Counted from the stretch's first letter, positions 40,080-58,811 are shown. The stretch: 64,000 bases of DNA from the human T2T-CHM13v2.0 reference genome, Homo sapiens (GCF_009914755.1 NC_060925.1), one strand, 5' to 3'. Notes: a model not told the origin generated them from the sequence alone. Numbers and translations: made by a program.

Positions 40080-40163
40080 CCCATTGGTGTGCATGCATGC
40101 AGGTACCCACTGGTGTGTATGCATGCAGGAACCCATTGGTGTGCATCCATGCAGGAACCCACC
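40080..40163. repeat. 26-bp minisatellite x3 in the L1 5' UTR
   Basis: ccca(t/c)tggtgtg(c/t)at(g/c)catgcagg(t/a)a at 40080, 40106, 40132. Confidence 0.9.
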
Positions 40164-41591
40164 ACCACTCAACTGGTACACACTTGCCAATGAACCTCTC
40201 ACCATTTCACTAGTGTGCACTAACCTGCAGCAACCATTCAAAAATATAAAAGCAAAAAGCCCCATTAAAAGGACAGTAACTTCAAAGATTAAAGGAACAT
40301 CAGCCCACACAGATCAGAAAGAATCAGCACAATAATTCTGGCAACTCTAAAAGCCAGAGTATCTTCTTAATTCCAAATGACAACACAAGCCCAGCAATTT
40401 TTATTCACAAGATTAAAATGGCCAAAATGATAGACATAAAATTCATAATTTTGATGGCAAGGAAGCTCAATGAGTTACAGGAGAATTGCTTGGATTGAAA
40501 CCCAATCCGAGAAAAGCAATAAAACAACCTAAGAGTTGAAAGATTAAATACCTATTGTAAGAAAGAACCAAATTGAACTTGTAGAAATGAAAAATTCACT
40601 ACAAGATTTTTATAATGCAATTGGAAGCATTATTAACAGAATAGACAAAGTTGAGAAAAAAAATCTCATAACTTGATGAATTCACCTTCAAATCAACAGA
40701 AAAAGACAAGAAAAGAATTTTTAAGAATGAACAAAACAACCATGAAATAGGGGACTATGTAAAGAAATTAAACCTATGATGCATTTGCATACCTGAAAGA
40801 GATGGAGAGACAACAAGCAACTTGGAAGACATATTTGAGGATATATTGTTCACAAACATTTTCCCAACCTACCTAAAGAGGTCAACATGCAAATTCAGAA
40901 AATTCAGACAACATCTGCAAGATACTATACAAAACAATCATTCCCAAGACACACAGTCATCAGACTTGCCAAGGTCAACATAAAAAAAAAATCTTAAAGG
41001 CAGCTAGATAGAAAGGGCAGGTTATGTACATAGGGAACCCCATCAGGCTAATAGCAGACTTTCAACAGAAACCTTACAAGCCAGAAGAGATTGGGAGCTT
41101 ATCTAGAGCATCTTTAAAGAAAGAAAATTCCAAGCAAGAGTTTCATATCCAAGCCAACTAAGCTTTATAAACAAAGGAGAAATAAAATCTTTTTCAGACA
41201 AGCAAATGCTAAGGGAATTCATTACCACCAGATCTATTCTACAGGAGATCCTTAAGGAAGTGCTAAACGTGAAAATGAAAGACTGATACCTGCCACCACA
41301 GTACACAGCCCACTGTCAATATAAAGCAACTATCTAATCAAGTCTACATAACAACCAGCTAACAACATGATGAAAGGATCAAATCTTCACCTATCAATAT
41401 TGACTCTGAATGTAAACAGGCTAAAAGCCCCACTTAAAGGACACTGAGTGGCAAGTTGGATAAAGAAAGATTCGATTTTATGCTGTCTTCAAGAGACCCA
41501 TTTCACATGCAATGACAACTATAAGCTCAAAGTAAAGGGATGGAGAAAGATCTGTTCAGAAAAAAAAAAAAAAAATTTAAAGGAAAAATGT

Positions 41592-41905
41592 GCCGGGCAT
41601 GGGGCATGGTGGCTCACGCCTATAATCCCAGCACTTTTGGAGGCCAAGGTGGGCAGATCATGAGATCAGGAGATCGAGACCATCCTGGCTAACACGGTGA
41701 AACCCCATCTCTACTAAAAAAATACAAAAAAAAAATTAGCCTGCCGTGGTGGCAGGTGCCTGTAGTCCCAGCTACTCAGGAGGCTGAGGCAGGAGAACGG
41801 CATGAACCCAGAAGGCGGAGCTTGCAGTGAGCAGAGATGATGCCACTACACTCCAGCCTTGGCGACAGAGTGAGACTCCGTCTCAAAAAAAAAAAAAAAA
41901 AAAAA
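41592..41905 (+). mobile_element. AluY
   Basis: gatcgagaccatcctggctaacacggtgaaacccc, ggcggagcttgcagtgagc; TSD aaggaaaaatg; 7-bp duplication gggcatg at the 5' end. Confidence 0.95.
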
Positions 41906-42599
41906 GGAAAAATGAGCAGAAGTTTCTATTCTTATTCCAGACAAAACCGATTTTAAACCAACAATGGTTAAAAAGTTCAAAGAAGGGCATTACATAATGA
42001 TAATGGGTTCAATTCAACAAGAAGACTTAACTATTCTAAATATATATACACCCTTGTGGAGCGACCAGAATCATAAAACAAGTTCTTAGAGACCTACCTA
42101 CAAAGAGACTTAGATAACCACATAATAATACTGGGAGACTTCAACACCTTACTCATAATGTTAGATCATTGAGGCAGAAAACCAACAAAGATATTCAGGA
42201 CCTAAATTTGACACTTGACCAAACAGAACTAACAGATATCTAAAGAATACTCTACCCAGCAAAAACAGGATATACATTCTTCTCATTTGCACAAGGCACA
42301 TGCTCTAAGATCGACCACATGCTCAGCCATAAAGCAATTCTCAACCAATTTAAAAAAGCCCAAATCATACCAACAACACTCTTTGACCACATAACATTGA
42401 AAATAAAAATCAATACCAAGAAGAGCACTCAAAGCCATATGATAGAATGGAAATTAAACATCTTGCTTGGGAATGACTTTTGGGTAAAGAACGAAATTAA
42501 GGCAGAAATAAAAAAAAAATATTTGAAACTGATGAAAACAAAGAAACAACATCCCAGTATCTATGGGATACAGGTAAAGTAGGCTTGTATTTAAAAAAG

Positions 42600-48410
<5,811 letters not shown>

Positions 48411-49658
48411 TAAGTGAGAACATTGAGTGCCAAACCACTTCTTACAATTACTACACGTGCATCTCTTCAACTAAATTATTGTGGAAAGCATATACATAAG
48501 ATTCCCAGAAGTAAGGGAAAGAAACAAAAACTATTAATATTCTTTCTTCTTTATTCTTCTTCTCTGTAGAAAACTGTTTCCTCATAAAACTGAATTACTT
48601 ATCTTTTGGGAAAGACACAATAAAGTTACCTCTCAGAAGTCTTAAATATTCATGGAGTAATTCATATGACTAATGTAATAATTTATAATTATTTTTAGCA
48701 ATGATTTTTTCTGAATAGTAAATTTATTCAACAATCTCAAGCCCTGTTTATATACATATGAAGTGAAATTGTCTTCTAAATATTCCCAAAGGAATGGTTT
48801 GGACAGATGCATGAAAATAAGAAAGACATATGGGAGATGTGTGGAGAGGAGGGGGGGTAAGCCTTTCTATATGAGTAACCTGTTACCTATACATTTAACC
48901 TCAGGGCTGCATGTGTAGGTTTTAAAATCACATAAAAACTTGTCAATTCAATTAGATTATACAAATATTCATTGTGGTAAAACAATGTCCTAGTAATATG
49001 TTTAAATAAATATGATATAGCTCTTATATTCAATTAGCTTATGATTTTAATTGGGACCGCTATGAATGTACCAGTGGTATATTATTAGGAAAAATAAGTT
49101 AAGCACCATTAAATATGATGGATGTATCATGGTGGTTCAAAGCAGTGTGAGATCATATATGGCTGATTATATATGGTTGATGGTTAGAAAGTTTTAAGAT
49201 ATTTTATATGTTGCCATTCTGAAGATCAGTTCCATCTCTGTTGGGACTAACTATATATATTGAAGTACAGTTGACTCTTGAACAACATGGGTTCGAATGA
49301 CACTGGTCCACTTGTATGTGAATTTTATTCTGTCTCTACCACCCCTGAAAGAGCAAAGCAACTGCTCTTCTTCCTCTTCCTCTTCAGCTTACTCAATGTG
49401 AAGACGAGGATAAAAACCTTTATGATGATCCACTTCCACTTAATGAATAGTAAATATATTTACTCTTCCTTGTGATTTTCTTAATAACCTTTTTTCTTTA
49501 TTGTAAAAATACTGTATACTGTAAGAATACTGTATATGATACATAATACATATACAAAATATGTGTTAATCAACTCTTTGTGTTATTGGTAAGGCTTCAT
49601 GTCAACCATATGCTATTAGTAGTGAAGTTTTGGGGGAGTCAAAAATAATAGATTTTTC

Positions 49659-50101
49659 TTTTTTTAATTTATTATTATTATACTTTAAGTTTTAGGGTAC
49701 ATGTGCACAATGTGCAGGTTAGTTACATATGTATACATGTGCCATGCTGGTGCGCTGCACCCACTGACTCGTCATCTAGCATTAGGTATATCTCCCAATG
49801 CTATCCCTCCCCCCTCCCCCCACCCCACAACAGTCCCCAGAGTGTGATGTTCCCCTTCCTGTGTCCATGTGTCCTCATTGTTCAATTCCCAACTATGACT
49901 GAGAATATGCGGTGTTTGGTTTTTTGTTCTTGCGATAGTTTACTGAGAATGATGATTTCCAATTTCATCCATGTCCCTACAAAAGATATGAACTCATCAT
50001 TTTTTATGGCTGCATAGTATTCCATGGTGTATATGTGCCACATTTTCTTAATCCAGTCTATCATTGTTGGACATTTGGGTTGGTTCCAAGTCTTTGCTAT
50101 T
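49659..50101 (-). mobile_element. Young 5'-truncated L1 (L1PA2/3-like), ~440 bp
   Basis: ttatactttaagttttagggtacatgtgcacaatgtgcaggttagttac, ggtgcgctgcacccact, gagaatatgcggtgtttgg; ORF2 C-terminal peptide MIDWIKKMWHIYTMEYYAAIKNDEF. Confidence 0.96.
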
Positions 50102-50102
50102 T

Positions 50103-50213
50103 AAAGTTTTTTTTTTTTTTTTTTTTTTAATCAATGTTGACCAGGTTGGCCTCGAACATGTAGCCTTGCCTCCCCGAGTGCCAGGGCAACCAGTCTGAGC
50201 TGCAGAGGCTCCC
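50103..50213 (-). pseudogene. Retroposed snaR-family-related small RNA (CAS/ASR-like, Alu-left-monomer-derived), 85 nt + A22 + CTTT
   Basis: Sense strand GGGAGCCTCTGCAGCTCAGACTGGTTGCCCTGGCACTCGGGGAGGCAAGGCTACATGTTCGAGGCCAACCTGGTCAACATTGATT-A22; B box GTTCGAGGC; resembles snaR GGAGCC..GGCTCAGGCCGGTTG..GTTCGAGGCCAGCCTGGTC as recalled. Confidence 0.8.
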
Positions 50214-51099
50214 GATACTTAGATTTTTCAACTCCACAGGAGGTTGGCATTTCTAAGCTTCACGTTGTTTAAAGGTCAACTGTGCTGCCAAAAACAACAA
50301 ATGTTATGGAAATTGGTAAGTTTTAATATGTAAATTTATTCATATTTTTCTAAATATTGTTTCTTACAGTGATCAGTGCATTGGTTGCCCTTGCCTTAGT
50401 CTTTCCTTCTTCTGGCTTGATCCCATGAAAGCCAGATGTACATCTCTGTGCTTACGCCTCTGCATCACAGGAGAGGAATCCCAAAATATGAATACGGCAG
50501 CTGATATATGTTGCCCCTTTCCTCTCCTGAGAGAGGGACATATCTCCATACTACAAATTCTCCCTGGAAGGAGAAGAGAAAAACCCCTGGCTTCCTACCA
50601 TTGAAATGTAAACAGATAAATGTCCAAAAGAGGATGATAAGTGTCTCTGGCTTTACATATTCTGGACCGTCTTCAAGGTTCCTAGTTTTATTCTCCTTTT
50701 AGAGACAAACTCATAATTCCAGAAATACAAATCTCTTCAGAGTTGTCAATACCTCTTCAGTCATCTTTTAATTTCCAGGGTTTGTCCATTAACCAAAGTT
50801 CCAGTGAAATTTACTAATAAAGCCTTAACCATGCAGAGACATAAAAAAGATTTCCTGTAAAATCATCAAGCTCTGAGATGAAAGAAAACAGCATAAATTT
50901 TTTCCTTAGTGATTAAATGATAGTTGAGTAGTATCAGATATCTTCAGGCCACTCATTTTATAAATAAATCTGGGACAAAAGAGAAAAAAATAATCCCATC
51001 ACATTCTCCCAGTCTTTATCATGGGATCATTCAGTCTTCTCTACTTACCATTAATAGTTGGAAATTCTTAAAGTGAATTTTAGTTTCTTTTTTGAACAA

Positions 51100-52240
51100 T
51101 TATTTTTACTTTATAATTAATAAATAATAATTTTATATATTCATAGGGTGCAGTGTGATGTTTTGATATAATGCTTGCAATGTAGAATGATTAAATCAGG
51201 CTAATCAACAAATTCATCACTTCACATACTTATTTTTTTTGTTGTAGTGAAATAAATGTAAAATCTACTCTTTTAGAAATTTTGAAACATACAAGGCATT
51301 ATTATTTATTGCAGTCACCATTTTGTACCATAGATTACTGAAGCTTATTCCTCTTTGTCATTTTTTTTTTTTTTTGACAATATCACTCTGTTGCCCAGGC
51401 TGGAGTACAGTGGCACAATCATGGCTCACCGCCGCCTGGACCTCCTGAGCTCAAGTCATCTTCCCACCTCAGCATCTCACATAGCTAGGACTACAGGTGT
51501 GCACCACCAGACCCAAACAATGTATTTTTGTTTTTGCAGAGATGGGGTCTCACTATATTGCCCAGGCTAGTCTCAAACTCCTGGGTTCCCAGCTCAGCCT
51601 CCCAAAGTGCTGGGATTACAAGTCTGAGCCACTGTGCCTGGTCTTATTCCTCTTTGTCTAATTGAAACTTTGTATGCTCTGATTAACATTTTCTTCCCCT
51701 CTCCTCCAGGATCTTGTTACCATCATTCTACTCTTGACTTCTATGCGTTCAATTGCTTTAGATTGCACATATAAGTGAGAACATGCAGTATTTGCCTTCC
51801 TGTGTCCGGCTTATTTCACATAGCAGAATGTACTCTAGGTTTATCCATTTTGTCCTAAATGACAGAATTTCCTTCCTTTTGAAGGCTGAACAGTATTCCA
51901 CTGTATATAAGTATAACATGTTTTTTAAATCCATTAATCTGAAGATGGACACCTAGGCTGTATTCATTTCTTAGCTATTGTAAATAATGCTGCAATGAAA
52001 GTGAGAGTACAGGCTCTCTGCATACTACATACAGTCTCTTCTGCATACTAGTTTCAATTCCTGTGGATATACATCCAGAAATAAGATTACTGGATCATAC
52101 AGCAATCCTATGTTTAGTTCTCTGAAGAATATTCATACTGTTTTCCATAGTGGCTGTATTAATTACATTGCCACCAATAGCACACAAGGGTTCTCTTTCC
52201 TATATATCCTGGCCAGCACTTGCTATCTTAGCCTCTTTTG
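51100..52240 (-). mobile_element. L1MA-type 3' end with AluJ insertion
   Basis: gtgatgttttgatat..tgtagaatgattaaatcaggctaat; ataagtgagaacatgcagtatttgcc; ggctgaacagtattccactgt. Confidence 0.9.
51361..51643 (-). mobile_element. AluJ-like
   Basis: ggcacaatcatggctcac..cctcctgagctcaagt; exact 16-bp TSD cttattcctctttgtc (51344-51359, 51643-51658). Confidence 0.93.
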
Positions 52241-52269
52241 TTTTCTCATTCAAAATTATTTCCCTAGGC

Positions 52270-53185
52270 TGCCTCACACACACTTATTTCTTAAATTAGA
52301 CCCATACAATTGATAAAATTGTATCTTCAAACTAGAGCTCTTTTTGACAACCAGATTAATAAATACAACTACTTATTTGATAAACTTGGAATACCTATAA
52401 GATCCTGAAACTCAACAAGCCCATTACTAAAATAATGATCATTAACCAAAAAGTGGTGTTTTCCATGACTGTTCTTTCAGTGATTAACATCACTACGAAC
52501 AAACAAGTGCATACTTCTGTGTTCAGTTGAATTCAGATGACTTGCTACCCTAGGTAAGCCAGAAACAAACAAGCGATCTGAATATGTCCCTCCTCTTTAT
52601 CTTCACATCTAAGCCAGAACCAAATTCTCTAAATGCTTTTCTTCTAAATTTATCTCAAATCTTTCTGTTTCTTTCTAATGCCAAAAGAATTAGGTTAGTG
52701 CAAAAGTAATTCCAGTTTTTGCCATGACTTTCAATGTATAACTTGAGCTGCTATCAACTCTTGCCTGAATTAGAGGAAAGTGATTACTTTGGCCAAAATA
52801 TCTTGCACCAAATCCACTGGCTCCTGAATACAGTGCACACTTATTTCTCTAGTCTCACTCTGTAAATCACTATGATCTGTAGACAGTGCCCTGTCAATGG
52901 AGTACCATTATCTTGCCTTCTTTTGGCTAATGATAGAACCATTAGATTTCCAGTCAGTTGTCAAAATCTCAGAAAGGCCTGCCCTCACATCCTTGATCAG
53001 GTCAAATCTTCCTGCTTTAAGTAATCATGTATAATGTGCCTCTTCTTCTAAAGAGTTATTATAGCTGTAATTTTACATTTATATGTATGATATTTGATTA
53101 GAGAAGGCAGAGATGATATCTGTTTTTGCTCAATTATGGTGATTGGCTCAGAGGAGCTGCTTATATATTTTGGTTGAATGAATTA
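52270..53185 (+). mobile_element. L2 fragments
   Basis: Degraded L2 motifs; 3' end ggttgaatgaatt. Confidence 0.55.
52690..52736. mobile_element. MADE1 (Hsmar1 MITE), partial
   Basis: ttaggttagtgcaaaagtaattccagtttttgccat matches the mariner TIR ttaggttggtgcaaaagtaattgcggtttttgccat. Confidence 0.85.
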
Positions 53186-53275
53186 AAGCCTCCTTCTGAC
53201 TTCACTCTAGTAGCTGTTTTATAATGAGTGATTTGACTACCATCAAAGCCTTAGGCAAGTTAAGGTCCTTGGTTG

Positions 53276-53713
53276 TGTCAAAACTAAAATCAGATCAAAG
53301 TTAGAAAAATGTTATAGTTTATTATGCATGCAAAAAAACAGTTCACAAACTGGAAGATTTCAAACCAGAAATGCGAAACAGCTCTTCTCTCAGCAGTTTT
53401 AGTGCAGCTTATAAAGCATAAATGAAGAAGTACATGGATCTTCACTGTGACTGGCTATTATAAACATATATTCCTTTTAGGGAAAGTACAGCTGTCTATG
53501 CTGATTTGTCTGTAGCTGACTGGTTTAATTTCACTGAATTATGCTGACAAAGACAAAAAGCTTACATTTCATGTTTTGTTTATTGTAAAAGCTAGTGTTT
53601 CAGGGAAATCAGGATAACAATTTTTGGCTACAAGGCTATGGACCATTGGACTCGAGGTAGCTAAAGTGTAGCCTCAATTTTTATATACTTATTTGCTTGT
53701 TTGTATGTTAACA
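53276..53713 (-). mobile_element. Probable ERV1 solo LTR (family not assigned)
   Basis: TGT...ACA termini, tttatt near the left end (reverse-complemented polyA signal), ~440 bp. Confidence 0.5.
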
Positions 53714-54299
53714 TTTGGAGAAAATGAAACTGATTCCATCTGAAAGACAGGAAAGGGAGCGGCAACCAGCTAATAAAACAATCAGTGTCTTGTCTTGTCA
53801 TGCACACGGTGCTGCCACCAGCCCTGCTAACATTGAACTACCGCTACTGCGGGCACCACTGGACTCTTAACTGCACTGCCTGCTGAGTAAATAATCTTCA
53901 AATGTATGGCTTTTTATTCCTGGTGAGAGCATCATACTGAGAGAAACAGTGCTTCAGCTGCCAGAGAGGAGAAAGGAGGAATATATAGAAACATCCAAAC
54001 TTCATAGTAGGTCTCCTGCAAAGACCCACACACTGGGCACTCCTCTCAAGAGGAAAAAAGTCTGGGGGCTGAGCAGCTCAACGTGTCAGCAAAAGTCTAT
54101 GATGAGGCTTTAACTCGAAATTCTCCTGTATTTTCTCAAACCTCCCAAATGCTCCAAAATACAACTATTTTGAAACAGTACGTGAAGGTAGTTTTGTGTT
54201 TCTATTGTTTGTTTCATCAGTTTGTTCACTACCATATTGTGAGAACTTAAAACGGTACCTAAAAGATATGCACTCAATAAATATTTGTTGAATGGATAT

Positions 54300-54590
54300 T
54301 ACTTATTAAATATTTTTAAGTGACTACCTTTTTACCAGTGATTACTATATGTAAGACACAGTTATAAATGTATTTTATAAGACATATTATAAATGTCTTA
54401 AATATATTAAATCAATTAATTGTCACCATTGTCATAAGAGGCAGGTGTAATAACTATCCCCATCTTAAAAATGATAAAACCTGAGAGCAGGGAGATAAAG
54501 TAACTTTCCTGAGGTCACACAATAGTGATCAGCGGAGCCTGAATTTTAATTCAGACAGATTGTCAAAATTTCTGTGTAACTACTATGCCA
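54300..54590 (-). mobile_element. MIR (preceded by an L2 3' end at ~54200-54296)
   Basis: tatccccatcttaaaaatgataaaacctgag..aagtaactttcctgaggtcacac; cactcaataaatatttgttgaatg. Confidence 0.8.
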
Positions 54591-57500
54591 GGTAGAGTAA
54601 AACAATGATTCTAAATTTGGCAAGACTTTTTTTATTCCTGTTAAAAATGGATTGGTTGGTTGATTGATTGGAGACCCAAATATAGTATGCCGACACAACA
54701 ACATAATGTTTCTAAAACTCACTTCTCCTCAGAACATTTCAACAGCTCAACATTTCCTAGTAATATCTTAAACCCTTAGTCTAGCTTGCAGGATTTTCAA
54801 TGATCTTATACTAGTTTCCAGTGTCTGGCACACTATTTACCATGGATGGTAACTTCTCCTTTCATCCCTGTTATTACTTTTATTGTGCACTCCACCTTCA
54901 TATGCACCCTTATATTCAGTCATTCTTTGAACTTACGTATTTCTAGGAAATCCCAAGAAGTTTGAATGCCACATATTGTGTTTGGCAGCAGAAACAGCAA
55001 ATACATTTTATAGGGTCCTAGTGATTCAGCTGCTTTTAGGAATGTGGCTCTCACACTGACCACATGGTGACACTTTTCCCATATATAAGTGAGCACCTGA
55101 TGAACCCACATGTTGCATAGTACATCATTCTTTCTCCTGAGTGCTGTACAGAATAGAGTCCAATAACTGGTTTAGATACGCATCTAATACTCACAGAATA
55201 AACATCATTCATTGAGGCTAGTGTCAGGTATTCCTTATGCTGGAATGAGAACACACAATTCAATGTGAGACATAAAGATAAGTAGAGGCAGATACAGACA
55301 ACACAGGACCACTTTAAGAAGGGCCCAAATCACATATCCCTATCCCTACACACCAATTATTGAAACTCCTGACTTTGATCAGTTAAATCTGTAACAGAGA
55401 ATTGTTAAGACTCAGCATATGCAGCACAAAGCAGCACAAGGGAATAGTGCTCAAAGTGCAAGCCCAACATGAGCTGATGAGCATCATAGCCAGCCAGCAG
55501 CAGTTCAAGGTGTGTGCTCTCAAGAAGGCAGCAGAACCAGTTAGCAGGCCAAAGCAAGAGAAGAAAGTAGTAGTCATCACCTAGACATCTTGCTGACAGC
55601 AACAATTGCTAGGGTTCATCCCATTTTTGTGGCAGATTGCACACCACGCTTTTTTTCTTGAAGTTCCCTACTATCCCTCATATATGCCCATCAAAATCCA
55701 AGTTTCAATTAGCATTTCATGGAATCTTTGCTGGTTCCAATTGGTGAATAATGTTCATTTCACTGGAGTAGCACAATACTTTGTTTATAGCACTAATAGA
55801 ACAGTAATAATGTTTTATAAAAAGGTAGTTATTGCCCTGATTGTGCTGGATGTTCCTTTTAAGTAGACTAGGCAGCTATACATATTTTATAAATATCATT
55901 ATGACTCTTGATGGATATCCCACTCTTACTAAATAGATCTCAATAACATTTGCAAAATTAAACTCATGGCCATTTTACAGATTGGATTAGCAAGTTTGTT
56001 TGTTTTGGTATTTTTAAATGAATAATGACTAGGGTAATGCCATGTAGACTCTATTAAAAATATTGACACTGATATATTAGAAATAAAAAGAAGAGTCTAG
56101 TTCCATGATTTGCCAAGACTTTCTTATAGTTTCTGGATTCATTTTAAAAAAAGAAAAAATATTAAAGCCTATTTTTTGAACCACGAGAAAGCTAACCTTT
56201 GTAAAGGTAGCAAGATTTTGACATAGGCAATCTTTTATTTTTACCTTTCTGCCACTGGGAATGACAAAAAGCACAAACTTCTTCCAGTGAAGCAAGGTTT
56301 TGAAACTTGCTCCTTGGAAAAAGTCAGAAGGCTGAGTTCTATTCTCAGCTCTGCTGCTAAGTGGTTGACTTACCTGAGGCAATGAGGCTAACCTGACTGT
56401 GCCTTACTTTTAGTCTCTGGGAGAAAAGAGAGTGGTTAGCAGTCTCTTAAATTTTCATTACAGTTGTATGAACACATGAGAAAGATATATGAAGGACTTT
56501 GAATTGCTAAGAGAAGGATTATTTATAAACATAAACCACTGTCATTATGTTTGAGCATGGCTTCAAGCTGGTAATGTTCAACTTCTATACTGCATCGTGT
56601 GATGGTGACAAATCATGGGACCCTTGAGCGGATGGCCTACTACACATAAACACTAAGTTCTTACTCTAATTTCATAACAAAAGAAAACAGTTTGATGTAT
56701 ACTCGTCACACATAGTTAGGACCACTTTATTATACAATTTTTCATTTCATTGAACAAATAAGGAATGAAATATGCTACATTTCAATCCTGAAGCTTTACA
56801 CAGTAATCCCTCTATAAGAACCCTGGTGCTTTATAGCTTTCACATATCTTTCTAAAACACGTTAAGTGGATATTCATGAGTCTGGAGTATTTTATCACTT
56901 GAACATGGAATCAGACTGGAATCAAGGGGAACTTTGAAAGCATTTAAGCTATGATTATAATAAAACCGCCTCCACTAAACCTATAACATAGCAGGCAATA
57001 ATGCATAAAACAGAAATAAAGCAGCTTCCAACATAAGCAGGCAACATTTTAAGTCAGTATCTTCAAATTTCCACACAAATTCATCTTTACAGAAAATCTT
57101 CACTTAATTATCTTATTAAAAATAGTAACAGCTTCATCTTCTCCATCTCTCTGTACCTGTTTTACCTCACTTCATTTTTCCTTTGTCGCCCTAACTACCC
57201 CTGATATCATGTGTGTTGTGCTTGTTTTCTCCTCCAAAATGCAAAATCCCTGAGACTAAAGACTGGGATATTTTGTTCTCTTTACTGCTGTATTCCAGAG
57301 CCTATAAAGCATGTAGAAGGTGCTTAATAAATGTTGGTAGGATTGATGATTTTCTGTTTCTAATCCCCCTGATTATCCAAAACATATCTTAAAATATAGT
57401 TGAAATACAGTTGTTATGCATTATAAGTGCTAAATCATAAATACTAATCATAGGAAATACTTTATATGGTTATTTCAATTCTAAAATACTTAATAAGCCA

Positions 57501-58809
57501 TTATATGAATTTAATAAGACTACATATTATAGAAAAAACATTTTGAAACTCAATACACATCTCAGGCCAGCTGACTGAAAGCAAGAGACATTTGTATGAC
57601 TTTGCTACCCTTAACCCATTTCAACTGGAGCAGTTATGCTTATAATTGTCCTGTTTAAAGGTAAGTTTCATTTGATCAAAGGGTTTTCTGGCTTTAGAAA
57701 GTTTGAAACTACACATATGAAGCTAGTATAATACAGAAAAGTATTTTTTATGACTGTAATTAAGTTAAACATAAAAATGCTTATTTTTCAAAAGATACAT
57801 TCAGTATTGTTCCAAGATTTAAAAATAGAGTACCTATTAAATAATGAAAGATATTACTTTTGCCTTTAAGAGTTTATTATGTGGTTGTATGTTGAAAAGT
57901 CAAAATTAATATACATAAAATACCAAAAGCAATGCAAAACATAATTGTATTGAATACAAAATTTAATGAGCTGCATATATTATATGACTTTGAGGATGAG
58001 AAATATTAAAGATGGTAGACAAAGAGAAATGAACAAGGAAAATTATACATGATGTTTTAGTCATTTATGGTCTGAATTAAATGATGATAATGAGGTTGAA
58101 GGTGATGGAAAAATAGATGTTTCAAATGAAGAAAACCTGAAAAGCTTAAACTATGTTTGAAATACTTTCTTTAATAAATGTTAAAAAATCAACTAATTTT
58201 TAAAATAATAATTGATATGGATATGTTAAGATTATTTTGTACTGAAAATAAATTATATTGTCTGGAAAAATATGTAAAATTCATAATTTTTTCTATGATA
58301 CTGAACAAGTAAGATCCCTTTATATTTTCTGATCCATTAGACTGCCAAATTTGACATTTTACAGTTATGCACTATAAGATTTTTTTATTTTTCATTTGTA
58401 AATTATAAATAAAATTATGACCAAAAATGTGTGACCAAGATTAATTTCTGGACTTTAAATGTGCTTCAGTATGATGAACATAATCAAAGTATCATGAAGG
58501 AGAAAAAATGCAATGCTAATTATATATATGATTTTAAGCTGACAAAACCTTTACTAGATCTAACATAAATGCATGCAAATAATATTTAAAATAGATTATT
58601 ACGTAGACTAAAGACTGCAGGTGAACATGCCTAAAGAAATATAAACATAGTACACATTTTTAAAAGTTAGGAAAATGTCTATCACTCTCAATTTCCTATT
58701 CCTAAATTAAAATTTTATGTATTGGATCAGATTTCTTATACATTTCTAGGGGCATAAATTCTTCTGATTTTATTTTTAAACCTTTTCCTCTAAACCAGTA
58801 GCTAAAAGC

Positions 58810-58811
<2 letters not shown>

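Larger units (their letters stand above)
39335..42580 (+). mobile_element. L1PA15/16- or L1PREC2-like element: 5' UTR, ORF1 and EN region; 3'-truncated
   Basis: Start agagccaagatggc (YY1-site-like caagatggc); decayed ORF1/ORF2 peptides ([22 protein letters not shown]; MLSHKAILNQFKK). Confidence 0.92.
49268..50282 (+). mobile_element. Tigger2a (MER28) split by the L1/small-RNA insertion
   Basis: TIRs cagttgactcttgaacaac ... gttgtttaaaggtcaactg; tactcaatgtgaagacgagg...gatccacttccacttaatgaatagtaaat. Confidence 0.92.

Noticed and set aside
50316-50369. GTAAG...TTACAG apparent mini-intron
   Set aside because: About 54 nt is below the usual human intron minimum, and the flanks give no credible exons.
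55383-55605. Protein-like 60-aa ORF (…KKAAEPVSRPKQEKK…)
   Set aside because: Non-ATG start, no recognisable homology, no flanking splice signals; possibly within an old LTR that I could not assign.
57566-57666. Strong donor AAG|GTAAGT (similar ones at ~320 and ~6166) suggesting exons
   Set aside because: No convincing upstream acceptor or recognisable reading frame; such motifs are expected by chance in 64 kb. A lncRNA exon cannot be excluded without RNA data.
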